A stretch of DNA of 63,410 bases, the filler included, from Octopus bimaculoides (lineage: Eukaryota): NCBI RefSeq assembly GCF_001194135.2. It is 5 parts of 5 records of this genome, joined end to end, with 100 filler letters (N's around TTAATTAATTAA, not from the genome) between each part and the next. Parts side by side here need not be neighbours in the genome. Positions count along the whole stretch, not along the records: positions 25,321 to 50,187 come from NC_068988.1; positions 50,288 to 57,583 come from NC_068993.1; 3 more parts are not named here. One strand, written 5' to 3'. The notes beneath the pieces were generated by a model. The model saw nothing but the letters and a program-made list of their open reading frames with translations, had not been told where the DNA came from and did no database searches. This document shows positions 37,456 through 50,342 of the stretch, piece after piece (position 1 is the first letter of the stretch; the number at the start of each line of letters is the position of its first letter). The position numbers and the translations under genes were made by a program.

Positions 37456-39971
37456 TCATCGCCTTCGTAGAGGCGGCTTATAATAGCCTACCCTTTTCAA
37501 GCGGCAATAGCTACTTTTGTGAAGAACTATTCTTACGTTAGTTCTTACATAGAATATCAGAAACCTGATGTTACATGTTTTTCTGATAGTGAAATAACTT
37601 GGAAATAAAGTCTTCTGAGTTCAAATTCTACTGGATCCAATTTTGTCTTAATTCTTTTCCCAGGATGTATAAAATAAAGTAGAAAACGAGATGAAAGCAC
37701 AAATCCAAATATTTACAACGCCCACCTGTCCATAAACTAGTTTCACAGTATACTTGAAAAAGTTCAAGGTACACTATCAAGGATCTTAACGTCAGCCATT
37801 GTTTTGTGATCACTTTCGTGGTATAATATGGACGAATAGCCAGAGATGATGTAGCTTTCAACGGTATATGGCCGAAATAGAGGACATACAAGTCCCCATG
37901 TGGTATACAAGTCACTATGGACATACAAGTCCCCATGACACTGCAACATCAAAAGACAATCCAAACTAACTCTTTTTAGTCACATAAGGTTCAGATTCTT
38001 ACCAAACTAAGTCTATTTACTCCAACGAGCGTCAATTTTTAACCATTGTGATACTATTTTCCATAGATAAAAATCATATCCACGACGAGTAACCTGACCT
38101 GTTAAGGAAGCGTCAGTAGTTCAATGTAGTGAGCGTAGGATATGACTTTTGAGAGCCAGAACCATCTCTTGAATGTAAAGATGAAATGGTTGGGCGGACA
38201 AAGCTTTGAGCAGCCAATTTCCAGTTTATGATACCAAACCAGTTGTTGGTGTTTCATTCAGTTTCTAGACAAATTCATTGTTATTTCCTTCTTTCATTTC
38301 ATTGTCCATTATAAATGTAGATGGGTAAATTACTTATGGGAGAGACTGACTTCCTGGTTAAGATTAGCTTCGTCTTCCATTAACTATTTATTGCCACAAG
38401 TCCTAAAACAGTTTTGTCGCTTTTAATTTGCTCATTACATAGCAGCGTTAGCTTGACTTAATTACAGTTTTTCAGACAGATTGAGTCTGAGTGGATTCTC
38501 TTTCTAATGTTTCTTAAAAATCTCTTCGAAATTAGAAGGCATTTGCATTATATTGTGTTTACTTATAATCAGATGAAGATGGTGCATTTGCTAATTAAGG
38601 TGGTAAATTGGCACTCGTCAACCATGGTACCCATTTACACTAGATTGAGTTCCTGTTAGGTAAACTTTAAAAGTCTCTAAAATGGATTGACGTGGTCAGT
38701 ACTAAATGTTTACATCACAGTCGGAGTTAAATGCAGGATCAGTGATGAAGATCGAACTACTGTCTCTACCTGTTATATATATGGGTCTCTTTAGTTAGAA
38801 TATCATTTAACCTTAATTCATTAGCTCACACACACGCAATATCACATAAAAGCTCTATTCATTTACTAATCAGCTCTGGCAATTATAATTCGAAGCGCAT
38901 GTGTGTGTCTCTTTCGCATTTGGCCCATCTCCAATATTTTCAATCGTTGCTTTAACAAATATTAAACTTTTCGCTCCGGCTTCAGAAGTTATTGAAACTT
39001 CTGGCAACTACTCATAATGTTTGCAGAAATGCCAAGACATATATTTGGGATGAGGTATATTACATTTCTTAAGATTAACTTCAGGAAAACCAAAATTCTT
39101 AACACCGAAACACTACGCCAAAGTGGCACCATCTTATATCGCAATAGCAGCAGTAATCGATGCAGTGAAATACACTCTCTAAACCAATTAATCAACCACA
39201 GAAATAAATAGAACAAATTAAGAAACTTTCAATTATCTTGAAGATTTAAAGGGTAAATGGTGACCGATGTACTTTTATACGACATCTCATTAAACGATTA
39301 AAGAAAACTTCTTGAAATTTATCTACGGTGGAAATGTCTCGTCTAATTAACAATGTATTTCAAAGGCAATCATTTAAATTACATTTTGGCTTAAAACATT
39401 TGGCCTTTCTAATGAAGACAAAGTGTAAATGCTTATAGACAAAACTAGAAATAACCTGATAGACTCGTCTGGTCAATAATTTAGTTCTACATTCGAAAGC
39501 ATTTATCAATATTAAAGTGGTTTCCTTGGAAACGATTCATTCACCTAAATTCTTCATAGAATCACTGTAACATGGTCAGATATTTATTACTGAAGTGTTG
39601 TTGTTGTCGGTGGTGGGGCAGGATTCAGTTTAAAGACGCATCTTTATCGTAGTCATTATTGTTTAGCAACACAGCTCTGATCCAACTGTGACCATTTCAG
39701 ATGATAATAAACCAAAGAGGGTGCCTTGACGGCATTTGTGTACCCGTACATGTTTTGCATAAAGCATTTTATATGTTATGCGAGGATCTTGTGGCCTCTC
39801 AAAGAAAAGATTCGGAATATAAAAATCCTTGCGTATTTCTTCTGGCTCTTCACATTCTAAGTTCCAATCCCGCCGCGGTCAACATCGATCCGGGTTCGTT
39901 TAAATGAAGTATCAGTCAAGTATTGACACACTCTATACCCTCTAAATTGCTGGGATTGTTCCAGAGTCAGA

Positions 39972-39972
39972 A

Positions 39973-40052
<80 letters not shown>
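39972..40052. repeat. (ATT)n microsatellite
   Basis: Direct reading. Confidence 0.95.
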
Positions 40053-40053
<1 letters not shown>

Positions 40054-40055
40054 TT

Positions 40056-40212
40056 ACGTTCTGAGTTCAAATTCGGCAGAGGTCGGCTTTACATTTCATC
40101 CTTTTGAGATCAATAAATTAAGTACCAGTCAAGAACTGGGGTCAATGCGATCAACTATCCCGCTCCCCTCAATTCCAGGCCTTGTGCCTATAATAGAAAG
40201 GATTATTATTAT
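40056..40212 (+). mobile_element. 5'-truncated family B SINE variant with ATT tail
   Basis: ACGTTCTGAGTTCAAATTCGGCAGAGGTCGGC...TAAGTACCAGTC...AGAAAGGATTATTATTAT. Confidence 0.75.
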
Positions 40213-40840
40213 CCTATCTTCTGAGTTATATATGTCACGTCTCAGCTCCATCCCGCAGCTAGAGACAGAACACTTTTATTTCACAGGTGTTATTCCAAGT
40301 ATTACTGCCAACAAAATACTTCCTATGAAGTTTGGAATTCGTAGCTTTTGATGCCAGAATATTGCTTTCTTTGAGACGGTCCCAAGTACAACGATCACGA
40401 TAGGTATCACATTCACATTCGAGGCTCTATGGATGCAGATATCATCCAATGCTAGGTCTTGGCACTTCCTGACTTTCTCGTATTTTGGTCTGCAGGTATA
40501 GATATGTTGACGGAGGTTCATTCTTAGGATTCCTTCCGCGGGTGAGTGATATCTGGTCGGTTATGTTGTAGTTTTTGTCTGTGTGTAGTGGCATATCCCA
40601 TATGAGTTTGACCTGATCATTCTCTGTTACTGGCAAAGGGTAGTGCTCTTACCACTTGTTGGAACATCCTAGTCTATACTTTCTAAAAAACTCCCAGTGT
40701 ATTCACATTGCCACTTTTTCGTGGCGTTTGATTTTTAATTTTCTTTTGGGCTAGTTTTGAGTATCTACTAATTATACGTCTGTCTCAAATGATTTTTCAC
40801 GTAATCTACACAAAGATGATACTGCTGTCTTATCAGTTGG
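40210..40840 (-). mobile_element. R4/Dong-like non-LTR retrotransposon 3' remnant (zinc knuckle plus restriction-like endonuclease)
   Basis: Minus strand, with frameshifts: LCRL..., KRHEKVA, VTENDQVKLIWDMPLHTDK, YEKVRKCQDLALD, NVIPIVIVVLGTV; ends in a short TAA tail. Confidence 0.8.
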
Positions 40841-40841
40841 T

Positions 40842-40907
40842 TCTTCTTCTTCTTCTTCTTCTTCTTCTTCTTCTTCTTCTTCTTCTTCTTCTTCTTCTTC
40901 TTCTTCT
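40842..40907. repeat. (CTT)n microsatellite
   Basis: Direct reading. Confidence 0.95.
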
Positions 40908-40909
40908 AA

Positions 40910-41520
40910 AAGAGATGGTGAGGTGGGCAAGATTGAAAGGGCTGAGGACAGTCACCTTCCTCTTCGACAAAAACCTCATCAGTTTAATGTTTCTCCTGGA
41001 AAAAGTGAGTGTGGAGAGGGAGATATCGCCCTTCAACAAACTTGGTGGAAGGTGAGCAGGAGCGGTGAGTGTAGCTCACCACTCCTATGCGTTAGCGAAT
41101 ACACTTAGGAGAGGACTTATGCCTATTAGAAATAACGGGTAGTGTGCGTTAATCACTACAAAAATCTCAAAAACTCAGATTGTGGTGATGAGAAATACCG
41201 ATGGTGGAAACTCTAGCGTTTATATTCATGGTTCAGTCCTCCACGATTCAAGGACATATCTGTGTTTATGAGGGTAAGATCGGAAATTTTCGCTCTTAAT
41301 TAGTGTCCGAGTAAAGAGAGTTCTTCAGTATAATTCTTTTCTCAGCCACATAGAGACTGCATCTCTCACTGCCAGTGGAGTAAATTTTGTACTTTCCCAA
41401 TGCACTCCACATTATGTTGTGATCTGTGGAGCTTTCTTCCAATGATCATATGCGCCTGATACGGCTGCGACATTTTGCTTCCGCTGAATATTGAAGGAGG
41501 ACTTGTGATTGCTAAATTTG
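40910..41520 (-). mobile_element. Penelope-like element remnant (GIY-YIG endonuclease C-terminus plus 3' region)
   Basis: Minus strand TKFSNHKSSFNIQRKQ... and TGSERCSLYVAEKRIILKN match the PLE pattern NHKSSF...C-x2-C-x2-EK. Confidence 0.7.
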
Positions 41521-41546
41521 GTTCTGAAGGGAACATATGTATACTT

Positions 41547-41595
<49 letters not shown>

Positions 41596-42105
41596 AGTGC
41601 GTGTGTGTGTATGTATATATATATATAATATATATTATATTCATATAAATATATAATAAAATATAGTATAATATAGGATAATACAATATAATATACATAT
41701 TTCTATGTCCGTACTTAAGTTTACCGGCATAATCCGGTAAGAAGATGTGTAGCTTAATGTCAAGCCACTTAACCTCGTAATTCGATAGATGGAGATCAAT
41801 ATCTATTAAGTAGTATGTTGAAATAAGTACATGAGATCGATGTTATCGCATAAAACGCCCTTAAAGGCGGTGCCCCAGAATGGCCGCAGTTGAATGACTG
41901 AAACAAGTTACCGAACAAAAGATCGTGTAATGTGTGAAAGAAAAGTGGTTATAGAAGGTGTGATAGTTTAATGGTGTGATATAATATTGTAATAGACTAA
42001 TGAGGTGTGAGTCAGAGCGCTTGTAGTGTACGATGGTGGGGATGATAGTGCAAGTGGGAGAGGGTAGAGTATATACAAGGAGAGACAGAGTTAAAGAGAT
42101 AGATA

Positions 42106-42107
<2 letters not shown>

Positions 42108-42168
<61 letters not shown>
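42108..42168. repeat. (AG)n microsatellite
   Basis: Direct reading. Confidence 0.95.
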
Positions 42169-42173
<5 letters not shown>

Positions 42174-43199
42174 AGGGGAGTGATTACACAATTGGAGGTG
42201 AATAATGTTAGAAGTGGAAGATAAACTAAAGGAGTTTATCTTCTATAAGTCTAGACGTGTAGAGGTTGCAAGCCGGTGTGGACGGCACAGTTAGTACGGT
42301 GTCGGGCCATTTAGGTGGGGTGAGGTGAGAGGTAGTCGATACTACAGACGCTTCATTAGCAATGGAAAGAGTGAACGCCATAGACTATTGTGCATATTAT
42401 CCCTACAATTAAATCAACACGGAGCCAACAAAAGAACTCACATATTCGTTCACGCATCCTGCCTGAGATAACAGCCAATAAACTCCAAAATGATGCTCTA
42501 CAACCTTAGAAAAGGATACATTTGTTACTGTGGTCCAGGTGCAATGATAATAAAACATAACAAAAAAAGTAAAGGTATATTTTCCGTTACGAAAAAGTAA
42601 AAAAAAAAGACTGTCAGCTGGAGGAGGGAGAGATTATTGGAGGTTGGCGAGAGAGGTTTTCGGAGGTTGGCGAGAAAGATTGTCGGAGCTTGGTGAGAGA
42701 GGTTATATAAATATATGAATGAAGTGTTTGAAGAAAGTGCAATAATAGCGTTCACACTCACTGATGGTCGCTCTCAGTAACTACCTTTAGCTTACGGAGT
42801 TCTTGTTTGTATAACTATCGAAAAGCAGCCAGAAGGATAGACATATTGTTGAGAACAACTGATTTCTGCTGTATTTCTGCTGTATTTGTGGATATTACAC
42901 TTTACCCAGGCATTGAAATAAAATCACAGATTTTTTTGAAGAAAGCTTACCTTACTTTGGCAAGAAACTGGGCGACACAATATAGTATGTAAAACTAGAC
43001 ACACCATATCCTGTGTAAAACATATTGAAACACTGAGACAGCTTTGTCTTCTGAGAAAATTAAGGTTGGTGTTTGACCGGCCACAGATTAGGTGGCTATT
43101 GCATGACAAGCAATTTTTGGAGACCATGTATGTCATTGTAAAATCAAGTGAGCAAGCAAACCCAATAGAAATTATGTTGATATTGTTTCTGTGTCATGT

Positions 43200-43312
43200 A
43201 ATATGATATAATATGATATAATATAACATAATATAATATAATATATAATATACTATAATATAATACAATGTAATATAATATAATATAATATAATATAATA
43301 TAATATAATATA

Positions 43313-43362
<50 letters not shown>
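43200..43362. repeat. (TATAA)n pentanucleotide repeat grading into (TA)n
   Basis: Direct reading. Confidence 0.85.
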
Positions 43363-43436
43363 NNNNNNNNNNNNNNNNNNNNNNNNNNNNNNNNNNNNNN
43401 NNNNNNNNNNNNNNNNNNNNNNNNNNNNNNNNNNNN

Positions 43437-43482
<46 letters not shown>

Positions 43483-43744
43483 TATACGAAACCGTGTTTT
43501 TCTTCATTATATTATCGTACAGAATCTATACACATGAACAGTAGTAATGGTTGTACTTACCCTAACGATATCTTGCATCAAAGAATATCTAAACATCCAG
43601 TCGAGTTTTATTTCATCGTTCTCCAGGATGTCCTGAAATGAAATGAAATACATAATATATAATTATGTATGTATGTATGTATGTATGTATGTATGTATGT
43701 ATGTATGTATGTATGTACGTATGTAGCTATGTACGTTAGATCAA

Positions 43745-44400
43745 TCGGGGTCAGTGCAAAAAACACTTTAAGATTACTGGAAAGAAAAATTACATCGGTT
43801 CATGCGAAGGCTATTTAAAAAAAAAATCTTATACAAATCATTTGTCTTCTTTCCAGCACATCAACAAAAGTAAAGCCAGTAAGTTGTAGCTAAGTACAGG
43901 GTTTGAAAACCAAATGCACATCACATACAATCAAGTGAAGAATCGTGGAAAGATCCATGCCATATGTAAATGGAACTAAGAAATGCAACTTATGCGTAAC
44001 AGAAAGATCGAAGAAGTCCACCACACTACTTAATTCCAGAACCGAATTTTTCAATAAATGCAAACATATGGACAAATTTCTTTTGGCGAATTAGAGGACA
44101 CTACACTCTTCGTGTTGAGCTGCTATCTCGTAGCCTTTGGATGCCTCTCCGTTTAAGTATTTTCTTTCTTTTCTTTCCTTTCTTTTCCGTTTTTATCCAT
44201 TGTTTGTCTTCTCCTTACACGTTTTGCATCAACGTTTTTCTTGTTCTTTCTCGCGGTTTCTCATGTAACAGCATCCTAATTTTCAAACAAAACATACCAT
44301 GTCCTCAAAGCCCGTGGATTGCTTGGAGATAAAAAGCACGTTATAAAAACTGATTAACCACGTGTCTTAATGGTCAGAAACTATTAGTAGCACTTATTTT
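43745..44400 (+). mobile_element. Penelope-like element remnant (GIY-YIG endonuclease, coding part to about 44095)
   Basis: NYIGSCEG (YIG at 43791-43799), YTNHLSSFQH, RIVERSMPYVNGTKKCNLCVTE, LLNSRTEFFNKCKHMDKFLLAN*. Confidence 0.8.
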
Positions 44401-44964
44401 ATACAGGCCATATTATATAATTGAGCCTGAAAGATTGCTTGTAAACACAAGGCATGCTGTACAAGCTTGTCTGTTTATTGTGTTTTAACAGCATGAAACT
44501 AATAGTAGCTCGAATATAAAACACTGAATATATTGAATCCTATTTATCTCTCACAAGATAGAATACTTTTTTGTTGATCTTACCCTAACGGAACAGTAAA
44601 TTATAATCGAAGGAAAAGGCAAAGATAAGGAAAAAAGTTTTTAGAATGATTTAACTCACTAGATTTCCAAGTTATCAACATTGGAAATATGCATTAGAGG
44701 GGAGTGGGATGTGGCGGGGGAAGTGACAGGAATTTATGATGAAAATAGAATGGGTAATAGAAATCTAAGTATAGCGTAACAAAAAAATTACGATGGATAC
44801 CATTTCAGTGATGCTTCAATCATATTTATATAATTATATCCAAGAAGTTTCGTCTTCAAATCACATTGTATCAGAAGGTGAATAAAATCTGCACCGTGGC
44901 TAGGATCCAGGCAAAGCACTTATGCGGTTTGATACTAAACGATAAAAATGATAAACTGAATGTA

Positions 44965-45804
44965 CAAGATGTTCGGGTTACACTTGACGATATTTCATGT
45001 CTCCATTTTCAGGAACAGCTTGATATATTGGTGAACTATCAACGACGTTGGAGAGCATAACGATTACAGTAGAAGTTGAGAAAATGATAGCTGACCTGGA
45101 GAACCGGAAGCCACCTGAATGTCGGAAAAAAGTTACACGTATCATGTTGATTCGCACCAAATATCAAAATGCGGACATCACGACAGCTGCTCAATACTCT
45201 GTGAATACTTTCAAAACTGTAAGATGTGACATGGGCAGCTGCAACGGAGACTACAAAGTTGTGGTTAGCAGGAAGGGACACAACAGGCGTTTCGAACAGC
45301 ACTTTAGGTTCCGTTCAGACGGGTCAGTGCTACTAGAGACTGTGGTCAAATCCTGACTGGAGAGGCTTGGTGCTGGAAGGATATATGCGCAGCAGCAGGA
45401 TTCGATCCCTTGCCATACCTCCTGAAAGAGCCAGAAGTGGTTGTTGGAAGATTTCTACAACTTTATCAGCCCCAATTTAACCCGACTGAAATTTCATGGA
45501 TTTCTATTTGTGGGGCGCGCTTGAGAAAGACAACACCCATTCTACCTGCAACATGAAGACCGAGCTGATGGCCAAGATCAAGATGATCGAAGTTCTTCCC
45601 ATGATACAGTTGGAATGCATGTACTATCTTCCGGCGTCGTATTTAGGTCGTGTTGGAAGCTGAGCGCGGATACTTTGTGCAAACAGCTATCTCTCAGACA
45701 TAATAAAGTTGATACATTTTGAATTCTTAGAATACTTTTATTTTTGGATGAGATATTGTTTTCTTTCCCTTTTATGCAAATTGTGAAATTTAGCCCACAT
45801 GCTG
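44965..45804 (+). mobile_element. Internally deleted maT-like Tc1/mariner element
   Basis: N-terminal KPPECRKK...CNGDYK, then QQDSIPCHTS*KSQKWL and PD*NFMDFYLWGALEKD. Ends are only weakly inverted-repeat-like, so boundaries are approximate. Confidence 0.7.
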
Positions 45805-45815
45805 GAAATAACCTT

Positions 45816-46026
45816 TTTTACTCTTACTCTTTTACTCTTTTACTTGTTTCAATCATTTGACTGCGGTCATGCTGGAGCACCACCATTAGTCAAGTAAATC
45901 GACCCCAGGACTTATTCTTTGTAAGCCTAGTACTTATTCTATCGGTCTCTTTTGCCGAACCGCTAAGTTACGGGGACGAAAACACACCAGCATCGGTCGT
46001 CAATCGATGGTGGGGGGACAAACACA

Positions 46027-46066
<40 letters not shown>

Positions 46067-46229
46067 CGACAGGCTTCTTTCAGTTTCCGTCTACCAAATC
46101 CACTCACAAGGCTTTGGTCGGCCCGAGGCTAAAGTAGAAGACACTTGTCCAAGGTGCCATGCAATGGGACTAAACCCGCAACCATGTGGTTGGTAAGCAA
46201 GCTACTTACCACACAGCCACTCCTGCGCC
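45816..46229 (-). mobile_element. Full-length family A SINE with (AGAGTAAA)-type tandem tail
   Basis: Head GGCGCAGGAGTGGCTGTGTGGTAAG, B-box-like GGTTTAGTCCC, internal (TG)n and tail AAGTAAAAGAGTAAAAGAGTAAGAGTA. Confidence 0.92.
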
Positions 46230-47007
46230 TTTTTTGTTAAGTTTTGGTTGATTAAAAATTTTTCTGATAAGATAGTTAATGATTTATTGTACTGAAAAAT
46301 ATGGATGTCAAAATATGATTTTCTATATGCTAAAAATAGACAAACATCTTTCTTATTAGGGCACATAGGATAAAGTCACCATATATAAACTCTGCATGAA
46401 AAGCACTTAGATGGAAACGGTTGGAATGATTTTGATCATAGATCTGCGGAATTATGTTTCATAACAACACGAACCAGATAAGAGTCACTGTATGCTCTCT
46501 TGGTTTGTTAGGAATACCAACCAATTCTGCCTGAGATCACATCCTCCATCTTAGAAAAGAGAAGGACATACTGTTCAATACAGTCTTACTCATAAACGTA
46601 TCTTTTTATCTTTTACTTCTTTTAGTCATTGGACCCGGGCCATGCTGGAGTACCACATTGAAGGGTTTTAGCCGAATAAATTGACCTCAGTACTTATTTT
46701 TGAAGTTGGGTAAAGTGTGTGAATCTGAGAGGGGCACATGTTGAATAAAATCATAATTAACTGTTCCTCCTGAAATTTTCTTTTTCCGAAAGCCAGGAAC
46801 TTTTCAGCATCCCCACGTACACATGCAAAGTGTACCTCCCTCCCCCACAACAGATGTTCATCTGTACGTCTATCTATACATATACACATTCACACACATA
46901 TATACAAACACTCACTTATGGATATTTATGGTGATGAGGATGTGTGTAATGGTATGTATATATGACTTCGACTGTATGTGCATGTGTATTGGTTCGTGTA
47001 TAAATGC

Positions 47008-47083
47008 ATGTATGTATGTATGTATGTATGTATGTATGTATCCATCCATCCATCCATCCATCCATCCATCCATCTATCCATCC

Positions 47084-47135
<52 letters not shown>
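47008..47135. repeat. Compound (TATG)(TCCA)(TCTA) tetranucleotide microsatellite
   Basis: Direct reading. Confidence 0.9.
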
Positions 47136-47194
47136 GTATAAATGAATATGTGCGTGTGTGTAGGTTTATATGAGTGTGTGCATGAATGCATGCG

Positions 47195-47405
47195 TTATTT
47201 CTTTACTACCCACAAGGGGCTACACACAGAGGGGACAAACAAAGACAGACAAACGGATTAAGTCGATTATATCGACCCCAGTGCGTAACTGGTACTTATT
47301 TAATCGACCCCGAAAGGATCAAAGGCAAAGTCGACCTCGGCGGAATTTGAACTCAGAACGTAGCGGCATTTCGCCCGGCGTGCTAACGTTTCTGTCAGCT
47401 CGCCG
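47195..47405 (-). mobile_element. tRNA-derived SINE, family B
   Basis: Reverse complement aligns to 5742-5975 with a short internal deletion. Confidence 0.9.
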
Positions 47406-47419
47406 CTCGCATGTGTGTG

Positions 47420-47456
<37 letters not shown>

Positions 47457-47869
47457 GAATTACAACAATAAGGTCAATCCAGATGTATCATAAAGAGATT
47501 CACCGTACCAAACAGCGTTCATTAATACTGGAAAAGTCACACCGATGTTGATTAATAGGCACGCATCAAAGTTTTTGCGGGTGTTGTTGTTGTTATTGTT
47601 GATTGTTGTTAACGAACTTTAAATTTAATAGCTGACGCACTAATTATTCACTCATGCTATTAACTTTTAATTACACTTCTAATTAATTACAATTCTGATA
47701 TGTTAAGGACCGTTAATCCCCCAAATCCTTGATGATTAAAATATCAACTTTCATTAGAACTTTATAAAACGTTAACTATAAGTTGAATGTCAGGAAAGGA
47801 AATGATGTTAGTCATTTCTAATGTTGGAGTTGCTGTTGGGTCAGTTATGAGTGAAATCTATGATCAAAG

Positions 47870-48249
47870 GAGGCGCAATGGCCCAGTGGTTAGGGCAGCA
47901 GACTCGCGGTCATAGGATCGCGGTTTCGATTTCCAGACCGGGCTTTGTGAGTGTTTATTGAACGAAAACACCTAAAGCTCCACGAGGCTCCGGCAGGGGA
48001 TAGTGGCGAACCCTGCTGTACTCTTTCACCACAACTTTCTCTCACTCTTACTTCCTGTTGCTGTTGTACCTGTAATTCAAAGGGTCAGCCTTGTTACACT
48101 GTGTGACGCTGAATATCTCCGAGAACTACGTTAAGGGTACACGTGTCTGTGAAGTGCTCGGCCACTTGCACGTTAATTTGACGAGCAGGCTATTCCGTTG
48201 ATCGGATCAACTGGAACCCTCCACGTCGTAAGCGACGGAGTGCCAACAA
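47870..48249 (+). mobile_element. Full-length family C SINE with 12-bp target-site duplication
   Basis: TSD CTATGATCAAAG at 47858-47869 and 48250-48261; tRNA-like head GGCGCAATGGCCCAGTGGTTAGG...GGTTTCGATTTCC. Confidence 0.95.
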
Positions 48250-50287
48250 CTATGATCAAAGCATTCCAGCCATGACTGTCTTGTTTTATTGAGGACTACA
48301 TTGACTGCTGTATATGAATACAGTTTTACAAACTTTAGAATGCGTTTTGGGGAAATAAGACTGCTGTTTCTAATCGTATAGAGTCAGCTTGGTGGAAATG
48401 CTAGAAAGATGACCAGAAGTCGTGCGATATTTACATCAACCCCCTTCTCTCATTCCTATAAATTCAAATCCCGTTGAAGTTGGTTTTATTTTTTTCTGGT
48501 GTCTATGTAAATAAACACGAAATATCCCCCAGAGCAGACCAGATCAACAATCCCCGTTCTTAACAAGTATTAGCCTTGCACCTAGGCCCAATGAATCAAT
48601 ATTTAGATGAATAAGAATAGATACGTGGTATACACTGAGTGGCCAACTATCATAGGGGAAATAATCTCTCATAGATTAAGTTAAGCTGAGGTGGGTTTGG
48701 AAGTTTGCAATTTAAATCAAAGAGGAAACACGGTGTTCAAGAATATACACATTCAATATTTCATTTTTTTTTCAATTAAAGATCTTGAAATTTCTTGTCG
48801 TTGGTAGCCATGTACAATGCTGTTCCATACTATTTCATCCTTGTTTATAACCGTAAGTACGACATAACCCGAGCTAAATAAATTAAGCTAAATTAAACGT
48901 TTTACGAAGTTGGACAATTCTTAAAGGGGAAAATAGTTCACAGTTTAAAAGGTATTCGTGGGATATCCTTTTGTTCTGTCTGATCACAGAATCGTTAATT
49001 GCTCAATTAATGTTTACTGAATAAAAAGAAAATTGATTTGGGTATGATTCTTAATGATTTACAGCAACAACAAAATGGCTGTTGTGGTTTCTAGATTTGC
49101 TGCTCAACTAACTAATGTTGGGTATATCTGACTGCGCGTGGTACTTTAAGCAAATTTCTTCTATGATAGAATAGGGTAGACGAAAGCCTTCTGAGTGGAA
49201 ATTGGTTGAAGGGAAATGTGAGGTGTATGTTCAAGAGATTTAATGTTAAAAAAAAAACCCGTCACCTCAGTTCACTCGGCAAACATTCAGGGATTCTCCA
49301 ACTGAAGTTAACTGTTTTTTGTACTGAAATATGCTAACTTTCAAAAACACTTAAATCCATATTTGCTTCACTCCTAATCTTTGATACATTTGCTTTATAT
49401 TTAAACATTGATTTTGCAATCATTCTTCATCAGGACCGTTTTATTCCCTGTAATTCACTTCTTTCACTTTTTCACTGACTGCCATGTTCAAGTAAGAACG
49501 AAACTACTTGATCAGTCCTGTTGAAATTTTTACGGGATTGTTTCCAAAAAAGAGAACATTTGTTCTTCCTGGATTGAGTGGAAACTGTCGCAAATAATAC
49601 TACACTTCCAGTTATGCAAGAGACACACTAACTCTACCTACATCTATGCTAGCACACGATAAAGGAAGGCCAAATCTAGTGATTCTTAGAAACATTCTAA
49701 TAAAACCTTGAACATGACTGATCAAGTACTTTAATTCCCATTTGGACATCAATAATCGAAAGGAGCAGCTTTAATTCGTCTAAGGTTCAAATCTATGATC
49801 ACTACAAGTTGACATCTAAATTCCTCTTTGGCATTTTTACATTTATTTTTCTAAATTCAAACCACGCTAAATCTCGTAGATTACCATTGCAGTGACACAT
49901 TTCAAGTGCTGTGAACAGGAAAATCTCTGAAAGTAAAAATAAAATAATTCTATAGCTTGTATTTCCCATTCTTCCAGTAAAGCCCAGCTGATTATACAGC
50001 AATTCCATCATGATGGTTATTATTCCATTCTTCAGAATTTAGTCGCTTTTCGATACGCAATTGTCAACGAAAATGTCGATGGATGATGTAACACATTTTC
50101 AATTCTAAGAAGACATTTGGAATCCATTTAGAATTTGCCAATATTTAAATAAATTAAACATTAACGACATTCCACCACCACCACCACNNNNNNNNNNNNN
50201 NNNNNNNNNNNNNNNNNNNNNNNNNNNNNNNTTAATTAATTAANNNNNNNNNNNNNNNNNNNNNNNNNNNNNNNNNNNNNNNNNNNN

Positions 50288-50342
<55 letters not shown>

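Noticed and set aside
42610-42705. Three to four degenerate 21-23 bp GGAGGTTGGCGAGA repeats giving Ser/Pro-rich peptides
   Set aside because: Too short and irregular; not an RNA polymerase II CTD-like heptad and no exon support.
42951-43070. Minus-strand segment with donor AAG|GTAAGC encoding a GPCR TM7-like string (CFNMFYTGYGVSSFTYYIVSPSF)
   Set aside because: That frame stops just before the donor, motif similarity is marginal and no other transmembrane exons were found.
47870-47945. tRNA gene in SINE heads (families A, B, C)
   Set aside because: A/B-box-like motifs continue into SINE bodies present in several copies; no complete cloverleaf was evident.
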